Positions 9,827 through 20,078 of a DNA stretch of 64,000 nt are shown here, piece after piece; position 1 is the first letter of the stretch, and each line of letters opens with the position of its first letter. The DNA lies in assembly GCA_964481835.1 (NCBI GenBank), contig CAYZTT010000002.1, forward strand, positions 7,533-71,532. Direction: 5' to 3'. The DNA comes from Candidatus Woesearchaeota archaeon (GTDB taxonomy: Archaea > Nanobdellota > Nanobdellia > SCGC-AAA011-G17 > PNOQ01). Under the pieces are notes generated by a model. It did not search any database. It was given only the letters and a program-made list of their open reading frames with translations, and was not told the DNA's origin. The translations under genes were made by a program, and so were the position numbers.

Positions 9827-9849
9827 TATTGTGAATACATTTGATAAGT

Positions 9850-10632
9850 TTATATAGATTTCTGAATTACATAATAGAACTCATTTTGTGTTTTTACTAT
9901 CCTAAATTTGTATCCGATCCTATGGAGCAGTTTTTCAAACCACCCTCTCCGGGGATACTTCATCATTTTATTTGAGACTGTTTTTGTTGAGAAAGAGGCC
10001 ACAATGTTCCTAGATTTTAAATTCTTCAGTAAAAGTTCTGTGAATTTGTGCCCTTTTTTAATTTCTAATGGATCTATTACCTTGAATAGGAATACTACGT
10101 CTGCAGTTGGCAGATCTGCTATATTCTTTGCGTTTATTGCCTTTAACTCTGCTTTCCCGCTTATCTTTTTTATTTTGAAGTATTTGTTTATGAAATCTAC
10201 ATCTTCTTGATCTATTTCTAATGCAGTATAACTTGGATTACACTCTAAGTAGGGATAGGAAACGGGATTTATCCCGGCTCCTATGTCGAGTATAGTTCTT
10301 GGCTGGCCAGTTAACTGGAATATCCGATAGTAGAGTGTTTGATATGCCCTCATCCTCTCTTTTGTTGAAAGGTTGGTTTCCAGAATTTTTCTATGCAAAT
10401 CTATTGATTCTGGATCCTTTTTTAATTCTTCCAAGAACATTTCTCTTTTTTTCTTTTTATTTATTTGAAAAGAACCGTAGATTTTATGGAGTCTTGTTTT
10501 TACTTCTTTTATTATTTCTTTATCTTTTGCCTTTGGCTTCTTTCTTAGAAATGCATCTATTTCTTGCTCTATTATTTCATCGCTCAAGGAAGAATATTTT
10601 TTTGATTTTATTTTGGGGATTAGTGATTTCAT
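9850..10632 (-). CDS. 16S rRNA (guanine1405-N7) methyltransferase homolog of the ArmA/Rmt/Kgm/Sgm (FmrO) family
   Basis: matches family landmarks in order: SKKYSSL, LHKIYGSF, STKER, ILDIGAGINP (SAM site), YTALEID, VVFLFK, SFSTKTVSNK, FYYVIQK C-terminus (compare Sgm ...ELIYVIQK); 4-nt overlap with cysS. Confidence 0.6.
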   Translation of the reverse strand: MKSLIPKIKSKKYSSLSDEIIEQEIDAFLRKKPKAKDKEIIKEVKTRLHKIYGSFQINKKKKREMFLEELKKDPESIDLHRKILETNLSTKERMRAYQTLYYRIFQLTGQPRTILDIGAGINPVSYPYLECNPSYTALEIDQEDVDFINKYFKIKKISGKAELKAINAKNIADLPTADVVFLFKVIDPLEIKKGHKFTELLLKNLKSRNIVASFSTKTVSNKMMKYPRRGWFEKLLHRIGYKFRIVKTQNEFYYVIQKSI

Positions 10633-12074
10633 TTCTTTATGATTGTGTATCCTTCTTTTGAATCTTTTATTTCATATCCTTTAGAATTAATTTTATCTCT
10701 TAGTTTATCTGATTCTTCCCAATCTTTAGTATCTCTGGCAAGTTGTCTTTTTTCTGCTAAATCTTCTATGCCTTTGGGAATAGTTTCTCCTTTTAGATCT
10801 TTTAAGGATAATCCGAGAACCTTATCAAATTCATAGGCCATTTCTAGCTTTTCTTTTGAGCCTAGTTTTGGATCTCTTAGCATACCCCATAAAACTGAAA
10901 GTGCCCTTGAGGTATTCAAATCATTGTTAATTCCCTCTAAAAATTCTTTTTTGTATGTATTCTTTGATTTTTTTGAATCTTTCTTTGTTTTTAATTCTAA
11001 AATTATATTTTTTAATCTGTCAAATGTGTTTTTTGCTGAATCTAAAGCCTCTAATGAAAATAACAATCTCTTTCGGTAGTGTGTTTGTAATGAGAGGTAT
11101 CTAAAATCCAGTGGAGAGTATCCTTTCTTTTCCAAATCGGATATTGTAAAAACTGCGCCTTCAGATTTAGACATCTTGCCTTCCCTTAGGACTAACCAAC
11201 GCATATGAAGCCAGTATTTTACCCAGGGGTGTTTCCCACATGCGGCTTCGGATTGCGCGATTTCATTAGTATGGTGTATTGGGATATGTTCTTCTCCCCC
11301 AGTATGAATGTCGAATTGTTCTCCAAGATACTTCGAGGACATTGCGGAACATTCTATGTGCCATCCTGGAAAGCCCTTGCCCCAAGGAGAGTCCCACTGC
11401 ATGATATGATTTGGTTGATTTGTAATCCATAAAGCGAAATCAGAAGGATTTTTTCTTTCGGGATCTACTTCCACTCTTGAACCTGCCTTCATATCTTCAA
11501 GTTTTAGTTTTGCTAATTTGGTATAGTTTTTTGATTTAGAGGTATCGAATATCAACCCTACTTTTGTTTTGTAGGTGTAGCCGTTCTTTTCTATCTTTTT
11601 TATTAGATTAATCATATCTTTTATATGCTCTGTGGCCCTTGCCCATTTTGTTGGGGGAAGGATGTTTAATTTTTCTGTGTCTTCAATGAATATATCTTCG
11701 TATTTCTTTGCAACTTTCAATAAGGATTCGGAATTTAAGGGGAGTTTCTCTCTTTTTATGGCCTTCATCATCTTATCCTCCCCTTCATCAGCATCCGAGG
11801 TTAGATGTCCTACATCTGTTATGTTAATTACATGTTTGACCTTTAGTTTGTTATAGAGAAGTGTTCTTTTTATTATATCTTCAAATATATATCTTCGTAG
11901 ATTTCCAATGTGTTGTGTCCAATATACTGTTGGTCCGCATCCGTATAGGCTGGCCTCCCCGGCTTTTATTGGTTTGAAATTCTCCTTTTTCCGAGTTAGG
12001 GTATTGTAGAGCTTAAGCATAGGATTGATTTGGGCCGAGGATTTATATATTTTATGGAAAGTTTTAAATAACAA
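10629..12074 (-). CDS. cysS: cysteinyl-tRNA synthetase
   Basis: class I HIGN and KMSKS motifs; Cys-binding region. Confidence 0.9.
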   Translation of the reverse strand: MLFKTFHKIYKSSAQINPMLKLYNTLTRKKENFKPIKAGEASLYGCGPTVYWTQHIGNLRRYIFEDIIKRTLLYNKLKVKHVINITDVGHLTSDADEGEDKMMKAIKREKLPLNSESLLKVAKKYEDIFIEDTEKLNILPPTKWARATEHIKDMINLIKKIEKNGYTYKTKVGLIFDTSKSKNYTKLAKLKLEDMKAGSRVEVDPERKNPSDFALWITNQPNHIMQWDSPWGKGFPGWHIECSAMSSKYLGEQFDIHTGGEEHIPIHHTNEIAQSEAACGKHPWVKYWLHMRWLVLREGKMSKSEGAVFTISDLEKKGYSPLDFRYLSLQTHYRKRLLFSLEALDSAKNTFDRLKNIILELKTKKDSKKSKNTYKKEFLEGINNDLNTSRALSVLWGMLRDPKLGSKEKLEMAYEFDKVLGLSLKDLKGETIPKGIEDLAEKRQLARDTKDWEESDKLRDKINSKGYEIKDSKEGYTIIKK

Positions 12075-12091
12075 GATTAAGAAACTATATC

Positions 12092-13486
12092 ATGAAGTAC
12101 AGAACCCATACGTGTGGAGAGTTAAGCAAGAAAGAGGCCGGAAAGAAGGTTATTTTATCCGGGTGGGTAGAGAGTGTTCGAACCCATGGAAAAATAGGAT
12201 TCATAAATTTGAGAGACCGATATGGGGTTACTCAGATTTTCCTAGGAAAAGATTTTGCTGAAAAATTAATTGATTTGAGAAGGGAATCTGTTGTTAGGGT
12301 TGAAGGGGAAGTAAAGAAGAGGCCAGATGCAAACAAGAAGCTTGCTACTGGGGAAATTGAAGTTTCTGCCTCTAAATTTGATGTTTTGAGTTTATCTGAA
12401 CCGTTGCCTTTGGAATTAGAAGATGTTGAATCAAACGAAGATACAAGATTGAAGTATAGATATCTTGATCTTCGAAGAGATGAAATGCAGAATAATATTA
12501 TTTTGAGGCATAAGGCGGTAAAGACATTAAGGGATTTTTATGATAAAGAAAATTTTATTGAGATTACTACTCCAATTTTGACTAAATCTACTCCCGAGGG
12601 TGCGAGGGACTATTTAGTGCCCAGTAGGCTACATAAGGGGAAGTTTTACGCTTTGCCACAGAGCCCCCAACAATACAAGCAATTACTAATGCTGGCCGGC
12701 TATGATAGATATTTGCAGATTGCCCCTTGCTTTAGGGATGAAGCTGCAAGAGCGCATAGGGCGCCCGGAGAATTTTATCAGTTAGATGTTGAAATGTCTT
12801 ACGTGGAGCAAGATGACATCTTAAAGTTGGTTGAGAAGAGTATGATTGAACTGGTTAAGAAGGTATTTCCAGAGAAAAAAATAACCCAAGTTCCATTTCC
12901 AAGAATCCCTTATGCTGAGGCAATGAAAAAATATAAAACCGATAGCCCAGATATAAGGAAAAATAAAAAAGATTCAAACGAACTAGGATTCTGTTGGATA
13001 GTTGATTTCCCTTTATTCCAAAAGCAGACTAAAGAAGATTTTTTCCACGGTGCTGGGCAGGAATGGGGGCCAAGCCACCATATGTTTACTATGCCAAGGG
13101 AAGAAGATATAAAATTCCTAGATAAAGATCCTGGAAAGGCAAAGGCTTATCAACATGATATGGTATTAAATGGTTATGAGTGTGGCGGGGGGAGCATTAG
13201 AATCCATGATCCCAAGGTTCAAGCTAAAATTTTTGACTTGATTGGCTTCAATAAACAACAGAAGAAAGAGTTTGAGCATTTACTTGAAGCATTCAAGTAT
13301 GGTGTGCCTCCGCATGGAGGAATTGCTTTGGGAATTGACAGGTTATTGATGGTTATAATGGGGAAGGAGAATATCCGAGAGTTGATTGCCTTTCCAAAAG
13401 ATAAGAACGCCAGGGATCCGGTTATGGACGCTCCAAGCAAGATAGCAAAAGAGCAGCTAGATGAAGTGGGATTAAAGTTGAAATGA
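12092..13486 (+). CDS. aspS: aspartyl-tRNA synthetase (bacterial-like motif 2, compact, no GAD insertion)
   Basis: N-terminal OB domain; QSPQQYKQLLM; FRDE ... R; GGGSIRIHD; class II core; 464 aa. Confidence 0.85.
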   Translation: MKYRTHTCGELSKKEAGKKVILSGWVESVRTHGKIGFINLRDRYGVTQIFLGKDFAEKLIDLRRESVVRVEGEVKKRPDANKKLATGEIEVSASKFDVLSLSEPLPLELEDVESNEDTRLKYRYLDLRRDEMQNNIILRHKAVKTLRDFYDKENFIEITTPILTKSTPEGARDYLVPSRLHKGKFYALPQSPQQYKQLLMLAGYDRYLQIAPCFRDEAARAHRAPGEFYQLDVEMSYVEQDDILKLVEKSMIELVKKVFPEKKITQVPFPRIPYAEAMKKYKTDSPDIRKNKKDSNELGFCWIVDFPLFQKQTKEDFFHGAGQEWGPSHHMFTMPREEDIKFLDKDPGKAKAYQHDMVLNGYECGGGSIRIHDPKVQAKIFDLIGFNKQQKKEFEHLLEAFKYGVPPHGGIALGIDRLLMVIMGKENIRELIAFPKDKNARDPVMDAPSKIAKEQLDEVGLKLK

Positions 13487-14763
13487 AATTTATAGCTATA
13501 GAAGAAGCATTAAAGAAAAAGAAGGGGGATGTATCCATCCGGGGATGGGTTTATAGAATTAGAAAGATGAAGGATAAAATCTTCATTGTTATGAGAGATT
13601 CTTCAGATATTATTCAATGTGTTGTTAAAACTCCCAAATTGGTTGAACAGGCAGATAATTTGTTGATTGAAAGTTCCCTTGAATTGGAGGGAAATTTGCA
13701 TTCAGATAGCCGAGCCCCAGGGGGATATGAATTAGATATCACAAAGATGAATATCATCCATCAGGCGGAAGATTTCCCGATTGGGAAAGATCAAAGTCCC
13801 GAATTTTTACTAGATCAAAGGCATTTGTATATTAGAAGCAGAAAGATGACTGCAATTATGAAAATTAGAAGTACTGTTACGGGCGCCATTCATGAATATT
13901 TTAGGAGTAAGAACTTCTATGAATTTCAAAGTCCCTTGTTAGTCCCTGGTGGGGCAGAAGATGGACCAACAATGTTTGAAGTTAAATACTTTGGGAGGAA
14001 GATGTTTCTTGCTCAGACTTGGCAGCTATATGCTGAAGCAGCAATGTTTGGTTTAGAAAAATTGTATTGTCTGGCACCTTCGTTTAGGGCAGAGAAATCT
14101 AAAACATCCAGGCATCTTACTGAATATTGGCATACAGAGATGGAGGTTGCTTGGTGTAACCTAGATGGATTAATGGATTATGCTGAGGAGTTAATCAAAC
14201 ATGTTTTAACGAAAGTTCTCAAGGAAAATAAAAAGGAATTGAAAATTCTTGAGAGAGATGTGGAGAAACTAAAACCCAGTATTGAGAAGAAATTCCCAAG
14301 GATTACTTATGATGATGCATTAGAGATGTTAAACAAAAAAGGAAGGAAGATTAAATGGGGTAAAGATCTAAGGACCATTGAAGAAGAAAGATTGATGGAT
14401 TCTTATGATACCGTTGTTTTTGTTACCCATTATCCTAAGGAAGTTATGGCGTTCTATAAACCAAGGGATCCAAAAAATCCAAAGGTTGCAATGTGTTTTG
14501 ATGCTCTTGGACCGGAAAGTATTGGGGAATTAATTGGGGGCAGTGAGCGAGACACAGATCTAAAGGAATTGGTTAAATCTCTGAAGGACTTGGGAGAGAA
14601 TATTGAAGATTACCATTATTATTTAGATACAAGGAAATATGGGAGTGTTCCGCACGCAGGATTTGGTTTAGGAACAGAGAGATTGATTAGGTGGATTTGT
14701 GGCTTAGATTCTGTTAAGGACGCTATTGGATTCCCAAGAACTTTACAAAGGACAAATCCTTAG
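13483..14763 (+). CDS. asnS: asparaginyl-tRNA synthetase (AsnRS-type class IIb; archaeal AspRS not excluded)
   Basis: FRAEKSKTSRHLTEYW motif 2; GGSER; GFGLGTERL; C-terminal FPRTLQRTNP; 4-nt overlap with aspS. Confidence 0.75.
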   Translation: MKFIAIEEALKKKKGDVSIRGWVYRIRKMKDKIFIVMRDSSDIIQCVVKTPKLVEQADNLLIESSLELEGNLHSDSRAPGGYELDITKMNIIHQAEDFPIGKDQSPEFLLDQRHLYIRSRKMTAIMKIRSTVTGAIHEYFRSKNFYEFQSPLLVPGGAEDGPTMFEVKYFGRKMFLAQTWQLYAEAAMFGLEKLYCLAPSFRAEKSKTSRHLTEYWHTEMEVAWCNLDGLMDYAEELIKHVLTKVLKENKKELKILERDVEKLKPSIEKKFPRITYDDALEMLNKKGRKIKWGKDLRTIEEERLMDSYDTVVFVTHYPKEVMAFYKPRDPKNPKVAMCFDALGPESIGELIGGSERDTDLKELVKSLKDLGENIEDYHYYLDTRKYGSVPHAGFGLGTERLIRWICGLDSVKDAIGFPRTLQRTNP

Positions 14764-15896
14764 ATAATATGAAATAGTTCGTTTATTATCCCTAGTATAA
14801 ATACTATTATTAGAATAACTCCAAAAATACTTAGAAATCGTTTCTTCTTGAGTTTGTATTCTGGTTGGCGCCTCCCTTTCTTTCTGGCCTTGAAATAAAT
14901 TAATGTAATCAATATTCCTTCTAATCCGCCTGCTACTGCGCCCGTTAAACCAATTACTTTTATGAAGCTGGTTGCCCCAAATAAGAATATTATGAATGGA
15001 ATAAACATTGTGAGTGCCCACGCATAAAGGGGCTTGATATTGTAATCAAACATGTAAATTTCTTTCATGGCTAGTGCGAGTGTTAAGAACGAGGTTAGCA
15101 TTGCGAAGACTGCGAATATGTTCCCAAATAGTATCATTGAGCCGCCTAAATAGTTGCCCAATCCGATTGTGGCTATCTCTGTTGTGCTTGTTCCAGTTAT
15201 TGCAATTGTTGTGAACGCGAATAAAATGTAAGATGCTATTGGAATTAGGGATCCAAGAATTATGGCTCTTTTTAACTTTTTCCTGTCGTGGGTAAGATAT
15301 TCTTTCATTTCAGGTATTGAAGCGGCTCCTGCGAAAGCGAATAGTATTACTCCGTAAGGAATCAACATTTTTGCTATGTTAAACTCTGCTAGATTGGATA
15401 TATTGAATTGGCTAGAAAATATTGCGAATCCCGAAATTAATAATATCAATAATAAGACTATTGATGCAAACAATAATTCATATTTGGTTATTGCTTTTAA
15501 TCCTATGAAGATAAAGATTGACACGAATATAAAAAATATGGTTGAGAAAATCAGAGGAGTTAACCCAAAAATTGCTGAAAGTGCTACCCCTTCCCCGATA
15601 ATATATGCAACTAATGCCCCGTAGATTACAAGGAACATAGAGGCTATTGCCACTCGTTTCCCCCACTTTCCTAAATATCTCTCTGCATAGCCGGGAAGTT
15701 GGTGATTGCCGGGGGTCCTTAGAACTATCTCTCCCATGAAAAGGTTCATTAACAGAATTGCTACCCCTAAAATTAGTATTGTTAGTAATCCTGTTAAAAA
15801 TCCAGATTGGGCAACTACGTATGGAATTCCTAGAACGCCTGCTCCAATTATTGTTCCGGTTAGTAGTGCTGAAGCCCTAAAGAGTTTTTTGTCCAT
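14760..15896 (-). CDS. amino-acid permease-like transporter (APC superfamily, Trp/Tyr-permease-like)
   Basis: 11-12 TM helices; N-terminal GTIIGAGVLGIPY motif. Confidence 0.65.
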   Translation of the reverse strand: MDKKLFRASALLTGTIIGAGVLGIPYVVAQSGFLTGLLTILILGVAILLMNLFMGEIVLRTPGNHQLPGYAERYLGKWGKRVAIASMFLVIYGALVAYIIGEGVALSAIFGLTPLIFSTIFFIFVSIFIFIGLKAITKYELLFASIVLLLILLISGFAIFSSQFNISNLAEFNIAKMLIPYGVILFAFAGAASIPEMKEYLTHDRKKLKRAIILGSLIPIASYILFAFTTIAITGTSTTEIATIGLGNYLGGSMILFGNIFAVFAMLTSFLTLALAMKEIYMFDYNIKPLYAWALTMFIPFIIFLFGATSFIKVIGLTGAVAGGLEGILITLIYFKARKKGRRQPEYKLKKKRFLSIFGVILIIVFILGIINELFHII

Positions 15897-15929
15897 TAGG
15901 CTAAATTTTAGAAAATCTGTTTATATATG

Positions 15930-16901
15930 TTATGATTTTGATTTGTATTCTGATGCAGGTGTCAAATTTCCAAACCCTGTCTTTAGGAAAACCTCATAGT
16001 CCATTCCATGCCGGCCGTCTATTCTCCCCTCGCCTCGCCAATATTGGGAGATTAATCTCCATTCTTTTTCACCCTGTATATTTGGTTCGCCCACCCTTCT
16101 CCAATGCCCCCTTACTGGGTGCAACGGAGTTTCATTATTTCTTCTCTCCCCTGTAAGGATTCTAGTTAGATCTCTTTGACTATGTATTGTAAAATGTGGG
16201 CGGACTGCGGTTTTCTTTTGTTTTTTGCACCCTCTATTTTTTGGCTTTTTCCGTCCTCGTGCAATGGCTTTGCTTTGATTACTTTCGGAACGCAAGATAA
16301 AGTTTTCAGGGTCCATAATATACATTATTTGTTTCATAACTGCCATTGTGGACTGAGTTAAGTCTCTACCGATCTCCTGTAGCTCTTGTTGATCTAGGGG
16401 GGCCCTCTTGATTCTCGTTCTACCCTTCCTGTCCACCACCCCATAATAAATTGGGTGGGAGAGTACCTTCATGCTTGAATCGTCTTCTATTGATAGTAAT
16501 TCTGTTTCTCCAAACTCTATAAATGTTCCATCTAGACTTGTATCGTCTCGGCCTCCCATTTCCATCGAACGGATTATCCTGCACCTATTGGCTGTAATTG
16601 ATTCGTAAATTACAACAGAATCTGAATCCTCTACTGCGGTAACGGGGAATGGAGCCAAAACAAGATCTCCTTGCTGTCGAGATTGCCCGACATAATTTCT
16701 CAGGTATTCTGCATACTCCTGGGGAGATTTCCCTATTTGGGGCAATATATCCTCAGATAGTATTGGAAAATCAAATAATGCTGCCTCTTCCATTGCAGCA
16801 CAAAGATAAGGATAGAATTCTCTAAATGCAGGAGGGCTCCAGGATTCATCTACATGGCCCTTGTTTACTAGTTCCACTAGCTTATCAAAATGTCTTCCCA
16901 T
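15930..16901 (-). CDS. hypothetical protein encoded in a GC-enriched island; basic Arg-rich C-terminal half
   Basis: 323-aa ORF; composition visibly richer in G+C than its neighbours; GTAGTAACAAA motif 40 nt upstream. Confidence 0.4.
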   Translation of the reverse strand: MGRHFDKLVELVNKGHVDESWSPPAFREFYPYLCAAMEEAALFDFPILSEDILPQIGKSPQEYAEYLRNYVGQSRQQGDLVLAPFPVTAVEDSDSVVIYESITANRCRIIRSMEMGGRDDTSLDGTFIEFGETELLSIEDDSSMKVLSHPIYYGVVDRKGRTRIKRAPLDQQELQEIGRDLTQSTMAVMKQIMYIMDPENFILRSESNQSKAIARGRKKPKNRGCKKQKKTAVRPHFTIHSQRDLTRILTGERRNNETPLHPVRGHWRRVGEPNIQGEKEWRLISQYWRGEGRIDGRHGMDYEVFLKTGFGNLTPASEYKSKS

Positions 16902-16939
16902 GTTTTCCCTGCCATCGCTTCTGTTTTTAAATCTTTCTA

Positions 16940-16950
16940 TTTGTTACTAC
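16940..16950 (-). promoter_or_regulatory. GTAGTAACAAA motif upstream of the 15930-16901 gene
   Basis: reverse complement of tttgttactac. Confidence 0.3.
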
Positions 16951-16970
16951 ACTTTAGTGGGCCTAAATTC

Positions 16971-19553
16971 TCATTTTAAGAACGATTTTCTAATTTCTAG
17001 AACTGCAACCCCAACTAATGATGCAGCCAATATGTATCCCCAATTAACTAAACTTAATGCCGTTAGGCTGAAGAATGTGGCCAACGGAGTATAGATTAAT
17101 AACAGGTGGAGCAATATTGAGAGTGCTACTGCTCCAAGAAGGTACTTGTTCGTTAGGAATCCAACTTGGAATATGTTTTTCTTTTCTGATCTACACGAGA
17201 ATGCCAAGAACAATTCGAAAAGTATTAGGGATGTTAGGGCGATTGTCCTGGCCTTATCAATATTGCCTGTGGTGAAATATTCTAACATGAACAATCCTAA
17301 TACAACCATAAGGACAACTATCACTCTTGTTATTATGAAGCCTCTGGCACCAGATAGGATTGTTTCTTTTTGCGAACGGGGTTTTCTTCTCATGATATCT
17401 TTCTCGGCAGGATCCATTCCTAGCGCCAGTGCCGGGAGCCCATCCGTGATTAGGTTTACCCATAAGATTTGTAATGGTAGGAGTGGGAGTGGAAGGGATG
17501 CCAATAAAGAGATGAATATTATTGCTATCTCTCCAAGGTTTGCAGAGATTAAGAATTTCACAAATTTCTTTATGTTATCATATATCGCTCTTCCGTATTT
17601 TATTGCTCTAACTATGGTGGCATAATGGTCATCCATGAGTATCATATCTGAGGCTTCTTTTGAGACATCTGTTCCGGAGATACCCATTGCCACCCCTACA
17701 TCTGCTTTTTTAAGTGCGGGGGCATCATTTATGCCATCTCCAGTCATAGCCACTATGTGTCCATCTTTTTGCAAGGCTTCTAGAATCTTTACTTTGTGTT
17801 CCGGATTAACTCTGGCGTAGATTGAAATTGACTTTGTAGAATTATGAATTGCTTCATCAGACATCTTTTCTAGTTGCAATCCAGTTATGACCTCAGATTT
17901 TATTCCGATTTGGTGCGCTATTGCTTTTGCAGTTAGGGCATTATCTCCAGTTATCATTACTGTTCTAATGCCTGCCTTCTCTGCGATTTTTACTGATTTT
18001 CTTACTCCCTCTCTTGGGGGGTCAATCATCCCCATTAAACCAAGGAAAGTTAGATCCTTAGTTGATTTTGATTCTGAATATGCGAAGGCTAGAACCCTTA
18101 GGGCTTTTGATGCCATTTGATCATTCATCTCTAGGATCTTTTTCTTGTCTGCATCTGTTATTGGCTTTGTAGTTACTCCGTTGAAAATGTATTTACATCT
18201 ATTAAGGACTATTTCTGGGGCCCCCTTTAGGTGAACATTTTGAGTTTTTCCTATTTCATCCAGTGTTGCCATGAATTTCTTTCTAGAATCGAAAGGGATC
18301 TCATCTTTTCTTTCGAACGCGGTTTTTAGGTTTGCTTTTTTTGCAACTACTTTTAAGGCTAGCTCTGTAGGGTCTCCTTGTTTTTCACTTAAATCAGAAT
18401 TATTACATAAGTAGGAAGTTTCTAGGAGTCTGTTTATCTTATTGGGATTGAACTCTTGTCCTTTGTGAGTAAATATTCCTTCTGTTGAATATCCTGATCC
18501 CGAAACAGAGAGTATTCTGTTGTTTGCGTAAATAGACTTTACAGTCATCTCTCCAGAAGTCAGGGTTCCTGTTTTATCTGTACAGATAATGCTTGTTGAG
18601 CCTAATGTTTCTATGGCGGAGAGCTTTCTTATTAGAGCCTTATTTTTTACTAGCCGTTTTACCCCTATGGCTAATGAAATAGTCACCACTGCTGGCAAGC
18701 CTTCTGGAATTGCGGCCACTGCCAAACTTATGGAAGTCATTAAAGATTCTACAAGGGATAAATCTTTTATTAATCCTAATAAAAATACTACTATAATTAT
18801 CCCAAGAGTGATGAAACCTAGTTTTTTCCCAAATTTTGAAAGTTTTTTCTGCAATGGGGTTTCTGTTTCTTCTATTTTTCTTAATGAGGAAGCGATTTTC
18901 CCGAATTCTGTTTTATTTCCAATTCCAGTAACTACTGCCTTCCCTCTCCCGTAAGATACAATTGTTCCTGCGAATATCATATTATTTCTGTCTGCCAATA
19001 CTGCTTCCCTCTCAATTTTGTTTATTGCTTTATCTCTTGGCACAGATTCTCCGGTTAGAACGGCTTCATTTACCTGCAGACTTACGTTTTCTATTATTCT
19101 TGCATCTGCGGGGATTTTATCTCCGGTTTCTAGAACTAGAATATCTCCGGGGACCAATTTTGATGCGGGAATTAATCTTGTATGGCCATTTCTCAGGACT
19201 CTCGCGTGAGGTGCTGCCATTTTCTTCAAAGTTTCTAGAGCTTTTTCTGCCTTATACTCTTGTGTGAACCCCATGAGGGCATTAAGTATTACAATAACTA
19301 GGATAACTATTGCATCTATGTGGTGTTGTATTAGTAAGGAGATTAAGATTGCAATTAATAATATGTACATTAATGGGTTTGTGAACTGCTCTAGAAATAT
19401 TTTTAGGGGAGAAAGTTTTTTTTCATGTGTTATTTCGTTTGATCCGTATTTTTTTCTCCTTAGGTCAATTTGTAGGGATCTGAGACCTAATTTTGAATTG
19501 ACTTGTAGTTTCTTTAGAGTTTCCTCCTTTGTTAATTTATAGAAGTCGGTCAT
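16971..19553 (-). CDS. P-type cation-transporting ATPase (type IIA/Ca2+-ATPase-like)
   Basis: CTDKTGTLT phosphorylation motif; MTGDGINDAPAL hinge; 860 aa; 10 TM. Confidence 0.9.
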   Translation of the reverse strand: MTDFYKLTKEETLKKLQVNSKLGLRSLQIDLRRKKYGSNEITHEKKLSPLKIFLEQFTNPLMYILLIAILISLLIQHHIDAIVILVIVILNALMGFTQEYKAEKALETLKKMAAPHARVLRNGHTRLIPASKLVPGDILVLETGDKIPADARIIENVSLQVNEAVLTGESVPRDKAINKIEREAVLADRNNMIFAGTIVSYGRGKAVVTGIGNKTEFGKIASSLRKIEETETPLQKKLSKFGKKLGFITLGIIIVVFLLGLIKDLSLVESLMTSISLAVAAIPEGLPAVVTISLAIGVKRLVKNKALIRKLSAIETLGSTSIICTDKTGTLTSGEMTVKSIYANNRILSVSGSGYSTEGIFTHKGQEFNPNKINRLLETSYLCNNSDLSEKQGDPTELALKVVAKKANLKTAFERKDEIPFDSRKKFMATLDEIGKTQNVHLKGAPEIVLNRCKYIFNGVTTKPITDADKKKILEMNDQMASKALRVLAFAYSESKSTKDLTFLGLMGMIDPPREGVRKSVKIAEKAGIRTVMITGDNALTAKAIAHQIGIKSEVITGLQLEKMSDEAIHNSTKSISIYARVNPEHKVKILEALQKDGHIVAMTGDGINDAPALKKADVGVAMGISGTDVSKEASDMILMDDHYATIVRAIKYGRAIYDNIKKFVKFLISANLGEIAIIFISLLASLPLPLLPLQILWVNLITDGLPALALGMDPAEKDIMRRKPRSQKETILSGARGFIITRVIVVLMVVLGLFMLEYFTTGNIDKARTIALTSLILFELFLAFSCRSEKKNIFQVGFLTNKYLLGAVALSILLHLLLIYTPLATFFSLTALSLVNWGYILAASLVGVAVLEIRKSFLK

Positions 19554-19632
19554 AATGAGGGTTTAATTTCTTGAGTTTAAATTTGTTTTGGTAACCTTTA
19601 TAAATGATAGGATCCCATTAAAATTCCCTTAA

Positions 19633-19959
19633 TTGGAAGGTAGTAACAAAATGAAAAGAAAATTGGGAGAATTGATAAGAGAAGATGTAGCTAGTGAGCT
19701 AATTATACATTCTGATAGATATATTGCCCATGCGGATGCCATAGAAACACTACATTTTTTCGGAGATGACGTGAAATATGCACTTCGTTTTTTAAAAGAA
19801 TGTTATGACCCTAATGAAGGAGATTTGGTCCTCCAATTGGCAATTTATGGAAACAATATTAGAAGTGTAGAAGAAGGTATTGCCCATTTGGATAGTGAAG
19901 ATACCGAATTAGTAGAAATGGATGAAGATAGATTGGAACGCATTGCTGAAAGACGTTAG
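19633..19959 (+). CDS. hypothetical protein (probable ATG start at 19651, 102 aa)
   Basis: ORF track start is TTG; GTAGTAACAAA abuts the ATG at 19651. Confidence 0.45.
   Translation: MEGSNKMKRKLGELIREDVASELIIHSDRYIAHADAIETLHFFGDDVKYALRFLKECYDPNEGDLVLQLAIYGNNIRSVEEGIAHLDSEDTELVEMDEDRLERIAERR
19640..19650 (+). promoter_or_regulatory. GTAGTAACAAA motif immediately 5' of the ATG at 19651
   Basis: recurrent motif. Confidence 0.3.
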
Positions 19960-20078
19960 AGTATTATCAAAATCTATTTAAACTTCTTTTTTTTATAAAA
20001 ATTGGCTTAATGCGGAGCCGAAGGGTGGAGTTTGTCTTTGACAGATGCTATGAAACCTTATTTCGACATTAAGTTGTT

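Noticed and set aside
17075-19542. Multiple 60-160-aa ORFs antisense to or overlapping the P-type ATPase gene
   Set aside because: The 860-aa ATPase with canonical DKTGT and GDGxNDxP motifs explains the region; the antisense ORFs are composition artefacts.
20013-20078. Possible second tRNA or tRNA intron upstream of tRNA-Arg(TCG)
   Set aside because: No acceptor-stem or anticodon-stem pairing could be built; the downstream 74-nt tRNA is complete without an intron.
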